Source: Anaerolineae bacterium
GTDB taxonomy: Bacteria > Chloroflexota > Anaerolineae > B4-G1
DNA: 61,357 nucleotides
Assembly (NCBI GenBank): GCA_034435075.1
Contig: DAOTYA010000245.1
Location: forward strand, 1 to 61,357
Direction: 5' to 3'
Shown here: positions 11,101-19,100 of the stretch, piece after piece
How positions within the stretch are numbered: position 1 is the first letter of the stretch
Layout of the letters: each line of letters begins with the position of its first letter
Made by a program: the position numbers and the translations under genes
The notes under the pieces: model-generated
Seen by the model: only the letters and a program-made list of their open reading frames with translations
Told to the model about the DNA's origin: nothing
The model's database searches: none

Positions 11101-11572
11101 GGTTGGCGTTGCTCAGCCAGAGCATTATCATTTCCTCGAGCGTGACCTGGCGGTTGGGGATCCCCTCGCTTTCTCCGTTCAGGTAGTCCCCCGGCTCCAT
11201 CTGGCGGGAATAGACGGCCAGCGGGGGAAATTCCTCTGTGAATCTGAGGAGAGCAGATTCAACCGCCTCCCGGCCCAAACTGTTATAGAGCCACTCCAGT
11301 GCCTGCTCCATAAGGGCCGGATTTTTCTGTTGGCGGTACAGGGCCACAACGTAGTGAAGGATTTCGTCAATCAGGCCCAGTGCATTGATCTGACCGGTAC
11401 GCACGGCCTGTTCCGGGAAGCGCACCAGGTCACGCCGGGCGTTCATCTTTTGAGCGAAGAGACGCGCGGCATAGAAGTTGGCGAAGATCACGTTGCCGCT
11501 CAGGCTGAAGAGAGAGCGGTCAAACTGATAGCGATCGCGGGCCTGGCGAGAGACGTGGAATTCCATCACCAA
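8102..11572 (-). CDS. Alpha-amylase family (GH13) protein with long N- and C-terminal extensions
   Basis: 1156 aa. GH13 regions I DMVPNHMG, II IIRFDAAM, III LLLAEAFW and IV FMNNPDE. The start is 4 nt after the glgC stop. Confidence 0.88.
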   Translation of the reverse strand: MVMEFHVSRQARDRYQFDRSLFSLSGNVIFANFYAARLFAQKMNARRDLVRFPEQAVRTGQINALGLIDEILHYVVALYRQQKNPALMEQALEWLYNSLGREAVESALLRFTEEFPPLAVYSRQMEPGDYLNGESEGIPNRQVTLEEMIMLWLSNANPACAPFQELFDDSTLRRETVYQKIITALHDFLNTQPPFGPDDQNLMDMLHSPAVAVPHSLSGQLEYIRQRWSYLLGQYLYRLLSSLDLVREEEKAIFPGPGPAIVYDFTWLELEAERFSPDREWMPRLVLIAKNTCVWLDQLSKQYGRPITRLDHIPDEELDLLARRGFTGLWLIGLWERSRASQRIKQLCGNPEAVASAYSLFDYQIAADLGGEEAYRNLKERAWKRGIRLASDMVPNHMGIDSRWVIEHPDWFISLPYSPFPSYTFNGPDLSWQADVGIYLEDHYYSRSDAAVVFKRVDRRTGSELYIYHGNDGTSMPWNDTAQLNYLNPTVREAVIQTILHVASLFPIIRFDAAMTLTKRHYQRLWFPEPGTGGDIPSRAEYGMTRAQFDRLMPDEFWREVVDRVAQEAPDTLLLAEAFWLMEGYFVRTLGMHRVYNSAFMNMLRDENNAGYRSVIKNTLEFDPEIMRRYVNFMNNPDERTAVDQFGKGDKYFGICTMMVTMPGLPMFGHGQIEGFTEKYGMEYRRAYWDEQPDSYLVERHEREIFPLLRKRYLFAGVENFLLYDLFTPEGYVNEDVFAYSNRAGEERSLVVYHNRYAETRGWIRTSVAYLDKSADGERKLVQRSLGEGLGLHDREDYYTIFRDHVTGLEYIRNSRELCRKGLYVELGAYKYHVFLDFREIQDNEWHHYAQLAAYLNGRGVPDMEEALREICLRPVHQCFRELVNPAMFRRVMENRVTDPAAGPDTALMEEVVQKFESLLRQIKQMGEGSGDEMALAAEMKRRLEAILFLPILGERIPVEQSWECEWAIEYLQAGPLAEAEGLDAPQVWAVLLGWLFTHALGKLASATDFPLVSRAWMDEWLLEKIITETLRELVQDEQAAWSTTQLIKILITHQLWFQDDGSPFLALRTWLQDEEVRRFLRVNRYRGILWFNKEAFEQLLWWMMTTGVVSISADPLYTPAEVAMKIGRLYGLIERLQQAKEESEYQVEKLVELAG

Positions 11573-11576
11573 TGCT

Positions 11577-12839
11577 CTATAATCCCACTGTGGCCCCTGA
11601 GGGGATCACTCTTGACAGGAAGCTACTCCTGCCCAGATCAGCCGCGATAGTGCAGCCTCGACCCACCATGGTATAAGCCGGGACAACAGTGTTCTTGCCG
11701 ATTACAGTGAGGGGAGGGTGTGAATGATGCGGCAAAGCAGCAGCGGCATCGTCGTCGTGTCCGATTTTGGAGCCTGTACCGATGCGTACGTTTTTGTCCA
11801 GGATGGTATGGTCAACCCAGGCTTCTTCTTCGATCACCGTGTCGGTCATGATGACCGAGTAACGCACAACAGCGCCTCTGCGCACCTGTACCCCCGGCGA
11901 GAGCACTGAGCGCTCAACAGCGCCGTCTATCACGCAGCCATCTGAGATCAGAGAGTCGGCAATACCTGCCCCGGCAGAGATTTTGGCGGGGGGACGCTCC
12001 TCGCTGCGGGTGCGGATGACCCAACGTCGGTCAAGCAAGTCAAGACGCGGTTCTTCCGCCAAAAGGTCCATATGGGCCTGCCAGTAGCTCTCGATAGTAC
12101 CGACATCCACCCAGTAACCACGGTAGGGCAACGCGTAAACTCGGTGAGTGCGTACCATAGCCGGTATGATATCCCTGCCGAAATCGTGCGTCGAGTCGTT
12201 CCGGGCGTGATCCGCTTCCAGCACTTCCTTCAATACCTCTATGTTGAAGGCATAGATGCCCATAGAGCCCCAAAACGGGCCTGGCCTGTCGGGGGGGCGT
12301 GGGGGCTTCTCCTCGAAGCCGATCACCCGATACTCGTTATTAAGTTCCAGCACACCGAAGCGAGTGGTTTCCTCCGGTGTGATGCGCACGCTGGCGATTG
12401 TCAGGTCAGCCTCGTGATCCAGGTGAAATGTGACCAGCACGTCATAGTCCATCTTGTAAATATGGTCACCGCCCAGGATCAGCACCACATCAGGCTGCTG
12501 ACGGAGCACATAGTCCAGATTCTGATAGACAGCGTCGGCGGTGCCCTGGTACCAGTTACAGTCGGGCCTGCCAAGATAGGGATGGAGCATAGTAATGCCA
12601 CCGGAGACACGGTCCAGGTCCCAGGGCCAGCCAGACTGGATGTGAGCATAGAGCGAACGGGGGCAGTATTGGGTGCATACTCCGACGGTGAAGATGCCTG
12701 AGTTGGAGCAATTGGAGAGCACAAAGTCTATGATGCGATACTTACCAGCAAAGGGGACGGCGGGTTTGGCTCGCTTTTGGGTAAGCACACTCAGGCGGCT
12801 GCCCGCCCCGCCCGCCAGTACCATCGCCAGGGTGCGCAT
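11577..12839 (-). CDS. glgC: Glucose-1-phosphate adenylyltransferase
   Basis: 420 aa. LAGGAGSRL...[19 protein letters not shown]-terminus and a left-handed beta-helix-like C-terminus. Confidence 0.93.
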   Translation of the reverse strand: MRTLAMVLAGGAGSRLSVLTQKRAKPAVPFAGKYRIIDFVLSNCSNSGIFTVGVCTQYCPRSLYAHIQSGWPWDLDRVSGGITMLHPYLGRPDCNWYQGTADAVYQNLDYVLRQQPDVVLILGGDHIYKMDYDVLVTFHLDHEADLTIASVRITPEETTRFGVLELNNEYRVIGFEEKPPRPPDRPGPFWGSMGIYAFNIEVLKEVLEADHARNDSTHDFGRDIIPAMVRTHRVYALPYRGYWVDVGTIESYWQAHMDLLAEEPRLDLLDRRWVIRTRSEERPPAKISAGAGIADSLISDGCVIDGAVERSVLSPGVQVRRGAVVRYSVIMTDTVIEEEAWVDHTILDKNVRIGTGSKIGHDDDAAAALPHHSHPPLTVIGKNTVVPAYTMVGRGCTIAADLGRSSFLSRVIPSGATVGL

Positions 12840-12847
12840 TGCAACTC

Positions 12848-14314
12848 CTATGTACTGTGCATTTCAAGCGCCCGCTGATAGAGCCTGACGTACTCCTGCG
12901 CTGAGGCCGACCAGGAGAAATCGGTCGCCATACACCTTTTTTGAACCCTGCGCCAGGCATCCTTCTGGTTGTATAGTTGTAAAGCCCGCGCCAGGGCCTC
13001 CTGACATGCTTCGGGGGTGAATTCGGAGAAGACAAAGCCGGTGCCACGGCCGAACTTCGCGTTGTAATCGCTTACGGTGTCCACCAGCCCCCCTACCGCT
13101 CTGACCACGGGGACACAGCCGTAGCGCATGGCGATCATCTGGCCCAGGCCACATGGCTCTACCTTGCTGGGCATGAGGAAGATATCGGCGCCGGCGTAGA
13201 TTCGATGGGACAGCACCTCGTCGAATTTGAGGAAAGCGCGTATGTGGTCGGGAAAACGAGCCTGCATCTGTTCGAACATCTGATGATATTCGGGCTGGCC
13301 TGTGCCAAGCAGGACGAACTGAGCTTCCTGGCTCACCAGCCATTCCAGAACCCCTTCCATCAGTTCCATTCCCTTAACCTGGTCCAGCCGCGTGACCATC
13401 CCAATCAGCGGAGTGTCCGGTCGCACAGGGAGACGCGCCATCTGCTGAAGAGCGGTCTTGTTGGCCGCACGTCCATCAATGGTCTGAGCATCAAAGCGGT
13501 GGGGGATGTGAGGGTCGGTGGCGGGGTTCCATTCCTCGTAATCAATCCCGTTCAGCACGCCGAAAAGGCGCTCTTTCCGCTCCTGCAGCAGGGGTGCCAG
13601 CCCCATACCCATCTCCGGGGTGAGGATTTCGCGTGCGTACTGGGGACTGACGGTGTTGATCACATCGGCATAGGCGATGCCCTGAGCCAACCAGTTCACC
13701 ATTCCTGGAGGCTCGATCTCCAGGTGCTTCAGGTGCTCCATCCGGGCGAAAGTCAATATCAGTCGCCCGGTGATTCCCTGGTAGGTCAGGTTGTGGATGG
13801 TGAAGAGTGTGGCAATGCCCTTGTAAAACTCTTTCCCGCGGCCGATGGTGTTCAGCCAGGCCGGCACAATGCCGGTATGCCAGTCGTTTGCGTGGATCAC
13901 ATCCGGTTTCCAGTTCAGGAGACGAAGGGCACCGAGAGCGGCATGCCCAAAGACGGTGAAGCGTTGGGCGTCATCCTCGAAACCGTATACGCGGTCACGC
14001 GAGGAAAAATACAGGTCATTCCAGATCAGGTAGACTGGCAGTTCATCCCCGTCTTTCACCGGCAGGGAGGTACCTAACAGATGGACCGGTTCCTCCTCTG
14101 GCCCCACCGGGACGAGGAACGGCTCTCCTATCTTCTCCAGACGAAACCGGTCGCTGCGGATGGTGCCGTAGCGGGGGAGCATCAGGCGGATATCGTGGCC
14201 AAGAGCACGAATAGCTCGGGGCAAGGAGCCAGCCACGTCGGCCAGCCCACCTACTTTGGCGAAGGGAGTGGCCTCAGCGGTAAGAAAAAGGATTTTCAGA
14301 GGCTGTGTTTTCAT
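12848..14314 (-). CDS. glgA: Glycogen/starch synthase (ADP-glucose type)
   Basis: KVGGLADV motif and GT-B fold length. The ORF opens at TTG 14335, but ATG 14314 ([10 protein letters not shown]) follows GAGGAG with about 7-nt spacing. Confidence 0.93.
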   Translation of the reverse strand: MKTQPLKILFLTAEATPFAKVGGLADVAGSLPRAIRALGHDIRLMLPRYGTIRSDRFRLEKIGEPFLVPVGPEEEPVHLLGTSLPVKDGDELPVYLIWNDLYFSSRDRVYGFEDDAQRFTVFGHAALGALRLLNWKPDVIHANDWHTGIVPAWLNTIGRGKEFYKGIATLFTIHNLTYQGITGRLILTFARMEHLKHLEIEPPGMVNWLAQGIAYADVINTVSPQYAREILTPEMGMGLAPLLQERKERLFGVLNGIDYEEWNPATDPHIPHRFDAQTIDGRAANKTALQQMARLPVRPDTPLIGMVTRLDQVKGMELMEGVLEWLVSQEAQFVLLGTGQPEYHQMFEQMQARFPDHIRAFLKFDEVLSHRIYAGADIFLMPSKVEPCGLGQMIAMRYGCVPVVRAVGGLVDTVSDYNAKFGRGTGFVFSEFTPEACQEALARALQLYNQKDAWRRVQKRCMATDFSWSASAQEYVRLYQRALEMHST

Positions 14315-14340
14315 AACCCGGCTCCTCAGGGCCAAATTGC

Positions 14341-14570
14341 AGAGTAACTCTAACGAAGCCTCTTTGGGCCTGTGGCCGATGGTCGGCCTTCGCCGATCAG
14401 ATCGCTCAAGTAGGGGTGCAGCGCCGCTGCGCCCGTATCCGGCGAAGTCCGCTTAGGCGGTGACTAAAGTCGCCCTTTTGGGCCGCAGGCCTTCGGTCGG
14501 CCTTCGCCGACCGGCTTGCGTCGGCGCAGAGCGCCCAAAGAGACCGATTTCAATCGGCGTGAACAGTTTT
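14341..14570. repeat. Two tandem degenerate Family C-related modules
   Basis: CTTTGGGCC...GGTCGGCCTTCGCCGA occurs twice (14361-14396 and 14476-14512). The GGTGACTAAAGTCGCC hairpin and the GACCGATTTCAATCGGCGTGAACAG tail are as at 241-328. Confidence 0.7.
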
Positions 14571-14607
14571 TCAGGTTATCGTACTTGCTGTATGTCACCC
14601 GGTATCA

Positions 14608-14826
14608 TCAACCCGTCGCAGGCGTAGGTGTACGGGTAGGGAAAGCGGTAGGGATGGGCACGGCGGTTGGCGTAACACGCCGTGGTGGTACAAGGGTACC
14701 TGCCAGACCCAGGGCCATACTGAGGATCACCAGAAAGCTGATGATCCAGAGCATAAGACGTGCTCGCCGGTCCTTTGGACGATACATTTTTGCCTGATTC
14801 CAGCACGGGAAAGTTGACAGGGGCAT
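14608..14826 (-). CDS. Possible small membrane protein (basic N-terminus, one TM helix, Pro/Thr-rich tail)
   Basis: 72-aa ORF (or 59 aa from ATG 14787, MYRPKDRR...). A hydrophobic LMLWIISFLVILSMALGLAG segment sits directly downstream of a strong promoter-like site. The RBS is weak. Confidence 0.4.
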   Translation of the reverse strand: MPLSTFPCWNQAKMYRPKDRRARLMLWIISFLVILSMALGLAGTLVPPRRVTPTAVPIPTAFPTRTPTPATG

Positions 14827-14865
14827 AAGCGAGTGTCAGACTCGTTTCCCTCTGTTATGCTCGAT

Positions 14866-14893
14866 ATTATAGCACAGCCACAAGGGTAAGCAA
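14866..14893 (-). promoter_or_regulatory. Sigma-70-like promoter facing the small ORF and the glgA operon
   Basis: The minus strand reads TTGCTT (14893-14888), N16, then TGcTATAAT (extended -10, 14874-14866). Confidence 0.5.
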
Positions 14894-14943
14894 ATTAACT
14901 ATTTCTCTTCAAGCGCTATCGCGCCGGGCGTCGGCCTGCACTG

Positions 14944-15034
14944 AGAGCCTATCCGAAAAACTGTACAAGCGACATCCCTATGCCGCTTGTACCGACGCAT
15001 AGGGATGCGTCGGTTAGTTGTTCGGACAGGCACT
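14944..15034. repeat. Family A repeat, full copy (slightly degenerate)
   Basis: AGAGCCTATCCGAAAAACTGTACAAGCGACATCCCTATGCCGCTTGTACCGACGCATAGGGATGCGTCGGTTAGTTGTTCGGACAGGCACT. Confidence 0.9.
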
Positions 15035-15116
15035 GACATCACCTTCTACAGGCTTTCTTACGCATAACTGATGCTGAGGCGCAAGGCTCTGACCAATATC
15101 TTGACTATGCGCCCGT

Positions 15117-15176
15117 GGATCACAATCCACGCGGGCCGGGTGCTGGCCGCCGACCGCCGCCGCCGGATTGTGATCC
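15117..15176. repeat. 12-bp perfect inverted repeat flanking a 36-nt GC-rich spacer
   Basis: GGATCACAATCC (15117-15128) and GGATTGTGATCC (15165-15176). It abuts the 13-bp tandem array. Confidence 0.85.
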
Positions 15177-15332
15177 GGCGGACACGTCCGGCTGGCACGT
15201 CTGGCGGACACGTCCGGCGGGCACGTCTGGAGGACACGTCCGGCAGGCACGTCTGGCGGACACGTCCGGCGGGCACGTCTGGCGGACACATCCGGCAGGC
15301 ACGTCTGGCGGACACGTCCGGCGGGCACGTCA
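15177..15332. repeat. Tandem array: 12 x 13 bp (6 x 26 bp), units GGCGGACACGTCC / GGCNGGCACGTCT
   Basis: Counted directly: 12 contiguous 13-mers alternate between two subtypes, each with a CACGTC core (one unit has CACATC). The period is not a multiple of 3, and several frames on both strands run through it without stops. Confidence 0.95.
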
Positions 15333-15491
15333 GGGAGCAACGACGCGCGGAATCCAGTTGTGCGTATCTCACACTCGCGTGCAAACCTGATGCTAACACC
15401 ACCTGTCTGGCGCAGGCAAATGGTGACTTCCAGTCACCGCCTGAATAGATACCGTAACCTTACCGTAACCTTAAAAATAGTGCACAGGGAC

Positions 15492-15520
15492 TGGTCAAAA
15501 TGGGAATGTTGATGTATAAT
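15492..15520 (+). promoter_or_regulatory. Candidate mraZ/dcw promoter
   Basis: TGGTCA (15492-15497), N17, TATAAT (15515-15520), 43 nt upstream of the mraZ ATG. Confidence 0.4.
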
Positions 15521-15556
15521 ATGGGTGTTTTTGGGATAAAATGGTGTGAATTGGGA
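15501..15556 (+). promoter_or_regulatory. Phased TGGG(N) direct repeats, MraZ-operator-like
   Basis: TGGGT 15522, TGGGA 15532, TGGTG 15542 and TGGGA 15552 are spaced exactly 10 bp apart. An extra TGGGA sits at 15501. Confidence 0.55.
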
Positions 15557-15562
15557 TATACG

Positions 15563-15991
15563 ATGTTTCTGGGGGAGTTCACTCACACTATTGACGATGC
15601 CGGGCGTGTCATCATCCCGGCCCGCTTCCGGGAGGAGCTGGCGGCCGGGCTCGTGGTCACTCGTGGGCTGGATCGCTGCCTGGCGGTCTTCCCCATGGCA
15701 GAATGGCAGAAGCTCGCGGATAAGGTGAGTGCTCTCCCCATCACTGACCACAGCGCACGCACTCTGCGCCGTCTGGTATTTGCCAATGCCTCTGACGTGG
15801 CGCTTGATAAGCAGGGCCGGATATTGATTCCTCCACGTCTGCGGGAGTACCTTGGCATTACCAACGAGGTGGTCATAATCGGCCTCAATACTTACCTCGA
15901 ACTGTGGCATCCAGATGCCTGGCGGGAGGAGCGCGGGCGGGTTGAGGGCGACGAAAGCAATACGGAAGCCTGGGCTGCTCTGGGTATCTGA
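15563..15991 (+). CDS. mraZ: Transcriptional regulator MraZ
   Basis: Begins MFLGEFTHTIDDAGRVIIPARFRE, the canonical MraZ N-terminus, and has two SpoVT/AbrB-like halves. The ORF-track start at 15500 would run through the promoter and operator. Confidence 0.92.
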   Translation: MFLGEFTHTIDDAGRVIIPARFREELAAGLVVTRGLDRCLAVFPMAEWQKLADKVSALPITDHSARTLRRLVFANASDVALDKQGRILIPPRLREYLGITNEVVIIGLNTYLELWHPDAWREERGRVEGDESNTEAWAALGI

Positions 15992-16059
15992 GCAGTGGTT
16001 GGGACACATGTGTAGCGGCAAGGAGACTGTTGCCAGTGAATCGGTGAGGTTGGACAGGT

Positions 16060-17034
16060 ATGTTGCTGACATCTATGCCCTCACCTGCCGATTCCTTTCA
16101 GTTTCATCCTGCCCGGATTCATAAACCCGTTCTCTTCCAGGAAGCACTCGACAGCCTTCTGGTGCAGCCAGAGGGCCAGTATATTGACGCGACAGTAGGC
16201 GGAGGTGGACACGCTGCCGGTATACTGGCGGCCTCGTCGCCAGGTGGACGCCTGCTCGGGCTGGATCGTGACCCGGCAGCCATAGAAGTTGCCAGCACCC
16301 GTCTGGCTCCCTACACAGGGCGATTTGTACTCGTCCATGCTTCCTTTGAGCATCTGGGGGCACTTGCCAGGGAGCATGGCTTCGTCCCTGCCGACGGCGT
16401 ATTGTTCGATCTGGGGCTTTCTTCATTGCAGTTAGCCGACCCTGCTCGTGGCTTCTCCTTTATGAGCGACGGGCCGCTGGATATGAGATATGACCCCACC
16501 GGGAAGGGCGTTACAGCGGCTACGCTGGTTAACCAGCTACCATTAGATGAGCTGGAGGGGCTTTTAATCAGATACAGTGAAGAAGGGCGGGCGCGACGTA
16601 TCGCCGAGGCGATCGTTGCTGCCCGTCCGCTTTATACGACCACGGAGCTGGCTCGTGTCATCGAAAGAGCGGTTGGGAGGCGGGGGCGTATCCACCCAGC
16701 CACGCGCACGTTTCAGGCGTTGCGCATCGCCGTCAATAACGAACTGGCTGCACTGGAGGCGGCCCTCCCCCAGGCAGTAGAACTCCTGCGGCCGGGCGGC
16801 CGCCTGGTGGTGATCAGCTTTCACTCGCTTGAGGACCGCGTGGTCAAACAGTTCATGCGCCGGGAGAGCCGCGACTGTATCTGCCCGCCTGAGGCACCAG
16901 TTTGTACATGCCGTCACAGGGCCACACTGCAGCTGGTGACACGTAAGCCGATCGTGCCGACCGCCAGGGAAGTGGCAGACAACCCACGTGCCCGCTCAGC
17001 CCGTATGCGGGTTGCCGAACGGGTGATCAGGTAG
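16060..17034 (+). CDS. rsmH: 16S rRNA (cytosine1402-N4)-methyltransferase
   Basis: HKPVLFQEAL..., the SAM motif DATVGGGGHA, and its position after mraZ. Confidence 0.92.
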   Translation: MLLTSMPSPADSFQFHPARIHKPVLFQEALDSLLVQPEGQYIDATVGGGGHAAGILAASSPGGRLLGLDRDPAAIEVASTRLAPYTGRFVLVHASFEHLGALAREHGFVPADGVLFDLGLSSLQLADPARGFSFMSDGPLDMRYDPTGKGVTAATLVNQLPLDELEGLLIRYSEEGRARRIAEAIVAARPLYTTTELARVIERAVGRRGRIHPATRTFQALRIAVNNELAALEAALPQAVELLRPGGRLVVISFHSLEDRVVKQFMRRESRDCICPPEAPVCTCRHRATLQLVTRKPIVPTAREVADNPRARSARMRVAERVIR

Positions 17035-17055
17035 ACAGCCTGAAGGTAGACTGCA

Positions 17056-17406
17056 ATGTCCGATTTTATGCAATGGATGGTTCACGGTGTCAAACGAGGG
17101 CGCTTCGAGATGGACCGCCGGACAGCGCTGTACTCCCTGGCTATCGTCACCGTGCTGGCGCTGATAGCAGCGCTCTACCTGGTGCTGGTCGGACAGACGG
17201 CTGCCCGCGGCCGCCATATCCAGCAATTGGAGGCCGAATTATCACGACTCCAACGGGAGAACGAGCAGCTCGAAGTTGAGATCGCCAGGGAAGGCTCCAT
17301 CTCGCGCTTGTGGGAGCGGGCGATTGATCTGGGCTTCCTGCCGGCGGAACAGGTGGAATTTCTCTCCCTGGCCGGCGAGTCTCAACCAACGGTATCCAAC
17401 CCTTGA
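17056..17406 (+). CDS. ftsL: Cell division protein FtsL-like (bitopic, coiled coil)
   Basis: 116 aa with a single TM helix (LYSLAIVTVLALIAALYLVLV) followed by a heptad-rich coil. Its position between rsmH and ftsI is canonical. Confidence 0.75.
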   Translation: MSDFMQWMVHGVKRGRFEMDRRTALYSLAIVTVLALIAALYLVLVGQTAARGRHIQQLEAELSRLQRENEQLEVEIAREGSISRLWERAIDLGFLPAEQVEFLSLAGESQPTVSNP

Positions 17407-17410
17407 GGCA

Positions 17411-19099
17411 ATGGCTGAGACACTGCGCTACCGCCTGCAATTTATCGGTATCCTTGCGGCTGTGTTCACCATGACCCTGGTGGTTCAGTTGACGCGTGTC
17501 CAGGTGTTGGACCACCGCTTCTACGAAGAGTGGGGGCGGGAGCAGCGCGAGCGTCTCATCACTATGGCTGACGCCCCTCGGGGCGCGATCCGCGATCGGG
17601 ACGGTTACCTGCTGGCCGGAAATGGGGTGATGTATGCTATTGAAGCTGCACCGGCCTACGTCGTGGATAAGGCCGGTGTAGCGGCCACGCTCGGCCCATT
17701 GCTCCACCTGCCCTCCTCACAGATCGAGCAATGGCTGCGCGGTGAATCGCTCTGGGTACCGCTCGCCTCCCCGGTCGCCAAAGAGCTGGGAGAGCAGGTG
17801 GCTGCACTGGGCCTTTCCGGAATCTCGGTGCGGCCGCTCTGGACGCGTGAATACCCGGAGGGTTCACTGGCTGCTCACGTGCTCGGTTTCTGCAACGCTG
17901 AAGGAAAGGGGTTCTACGGCGTCGAGGGATTCCATGACGAGCAACTGAGGCCCAAACCGGTCACATGGAGAGGCCCGGTTGATCCGGCCAGCGAGCAGAT
18001 CCCGTGGACGGTTGCGCCTGTGGTGCTGCCCCAACCGGGCGATGAGCTGATCCTGACCCTTGACCGCACTGTGCAGGCCATCGCTCAGGAAGAACTGCTC
18101 CGCTCTGTGAACGAGTATCGGGCTGCCGCCGGCACTGTCATCGTAATGGACCCACGCACTTTCGAGATTCTGGCGATGGCCAGCTTGCCAGATTACGACC
18201 CGGGGCGGTATAATGAATTTTACAACCGCCTGCCGCTGCCGTTCGAGGACCCGGCCATCAGCAAACAGTACGAGCCGGGGTCGGTGTTGAAAGTGCTGAC
18301 GATGGCTGCTGCGTTGGATGCCGGGGTGGTGACACCTGAAACAACATACTACGACCCGGGATGGATCGAGGTGGGAGGGGTGGAAATTCGCAACTCCTCT
18401 TTCGATGGGGCCGGCGAGCGCACCATGGCCGATATTTTGATCCACTCTCTCAATGTGGGAGCTGCGTGGCTGAGCACCCGCATGGGAGCCAGGACGTTCT
18501 ATCACTACCTCCTGGCCTTTGGCATCGGCCACCCCACAGGAGTGGACCTGGCCGGGGAGACCGCCGGCCAGTTGTGGCTGCCTGATGACTATGAACACTG
18601 GCACGATTCAAATCTGGGCACGAATGCCTTCGGGCAGGGGCTGGCCGTGACCCCACTCCAGATGATCACCGCCGTGGCCACCATTGCCAACGACGGGGTG
18701 CGGCTGCGTCCTCACATCGTCGCCAAACGCATTACCCCCGACGGTATCACCTACACACAACGGCCCGTAGTCGAGGCTCAGGTGATCTCACCTCAGACAG
18801 CGCTTATGGTCACGGAAATGATGGAGCAGACGGTGGTGGAGGGCAAAGTAGCCACGGTGGAAGGATACCGGATCGCTGGGAAATCCGGCACAGCCCAGAT
18901 TCCCATCCCCGGCGGGTATGACAGGAATGCCACCATTACCTCTTTTGTCGGATTCGGACCACTCCCCGATCCGCAACTGATCATTCTGGTCAAACTGGAT
19001 CGGCCTGCCACGTCTATCTGGGCATATGATACGGCCACCCCGGCTTTTCAGAGGCTGGCGTCACGTCTTTTCACAGTGCTGGGCATCCCCCCAGGGTAA
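17411..19099 (+). CDS. ftsI: Class B penicillin-binding protein (peptidoglycan D,D-transpeptidase FtsI type)
   Basis: Motifs SVLK (SxxK), SLN (SxN) and KSGTA (KTG-like), with an N-terminal TM helix. ATG 17411 lies just after the ftsL stop. The ORF-track start at 17276 would overlap ftsL. Confidence 0.9.
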   Translation: MAETLRYRLQFIGILAAVFTMTLVVQLTRVQVLDHRFYEEWGREQRERLITMADAPRGAIRDRDGYLLAGNGVMYAIEAAPAYVVDKAGVAATLGPLLHLPSSQIEQWLRGESLWVPLASPVAKELGEQVAALGLSGISVRPLWTREYPEGSLAAHVLGFCNAEGKGFYGVEGFHDEQLRPKPVTWRGPVDPASEQIPWTVAPVVLPQPGDELILTLDRTVQAIAQEELLRSVNEYRAAAGTVIVMDPRTFEILAMASLPDYDPGRYNEFYNRLPLPFEDPAISKQYEPGSVLKVLTMAAALDAGVVTPETTYYDPGWIEVGGVEIRNSSFDGAGERTMADILIHSLNVGAAWLSTRMGARTFYHYLLAFGIGHPTGVDLAGETAGQLWLPDDYEHWHDSNLGTNAFGQGLAVTPLQMITAVATIANDGVRLRPHIVAKRITPDGITYTQRPVVEAQVISPQTALMVTEMMEQTVVEGKVATVEGYRIAGKSGTAQIPIPGGYDRNATITSFVGFGPLPDPQLIILVKLDRPATSIWAYDTATPAFQRLASRLFTVLGIPPG

Positions 19100-19100
19100 T

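Noticed and set aside
15177-15332. The 13-bp array was considered as the MraZ operator.
   Set aside because: It has no TGGG-type motif and a 13-bp rather than 10-bp period. A properly phased TGGG array exists closer to mraZ at 15522-15556.
15014-15448. Five overlapping ORFs of 60-125 aa lie on both strands across the 13-bp tandem array.
   Set aside because: They translate the same 13-bp repeat in different frames on both strands, giving peptides of the RTCPPDVPAGRV type. They have no RBS and mutually overlap. They are a by-product of a GC-rich repeat without stop codons.
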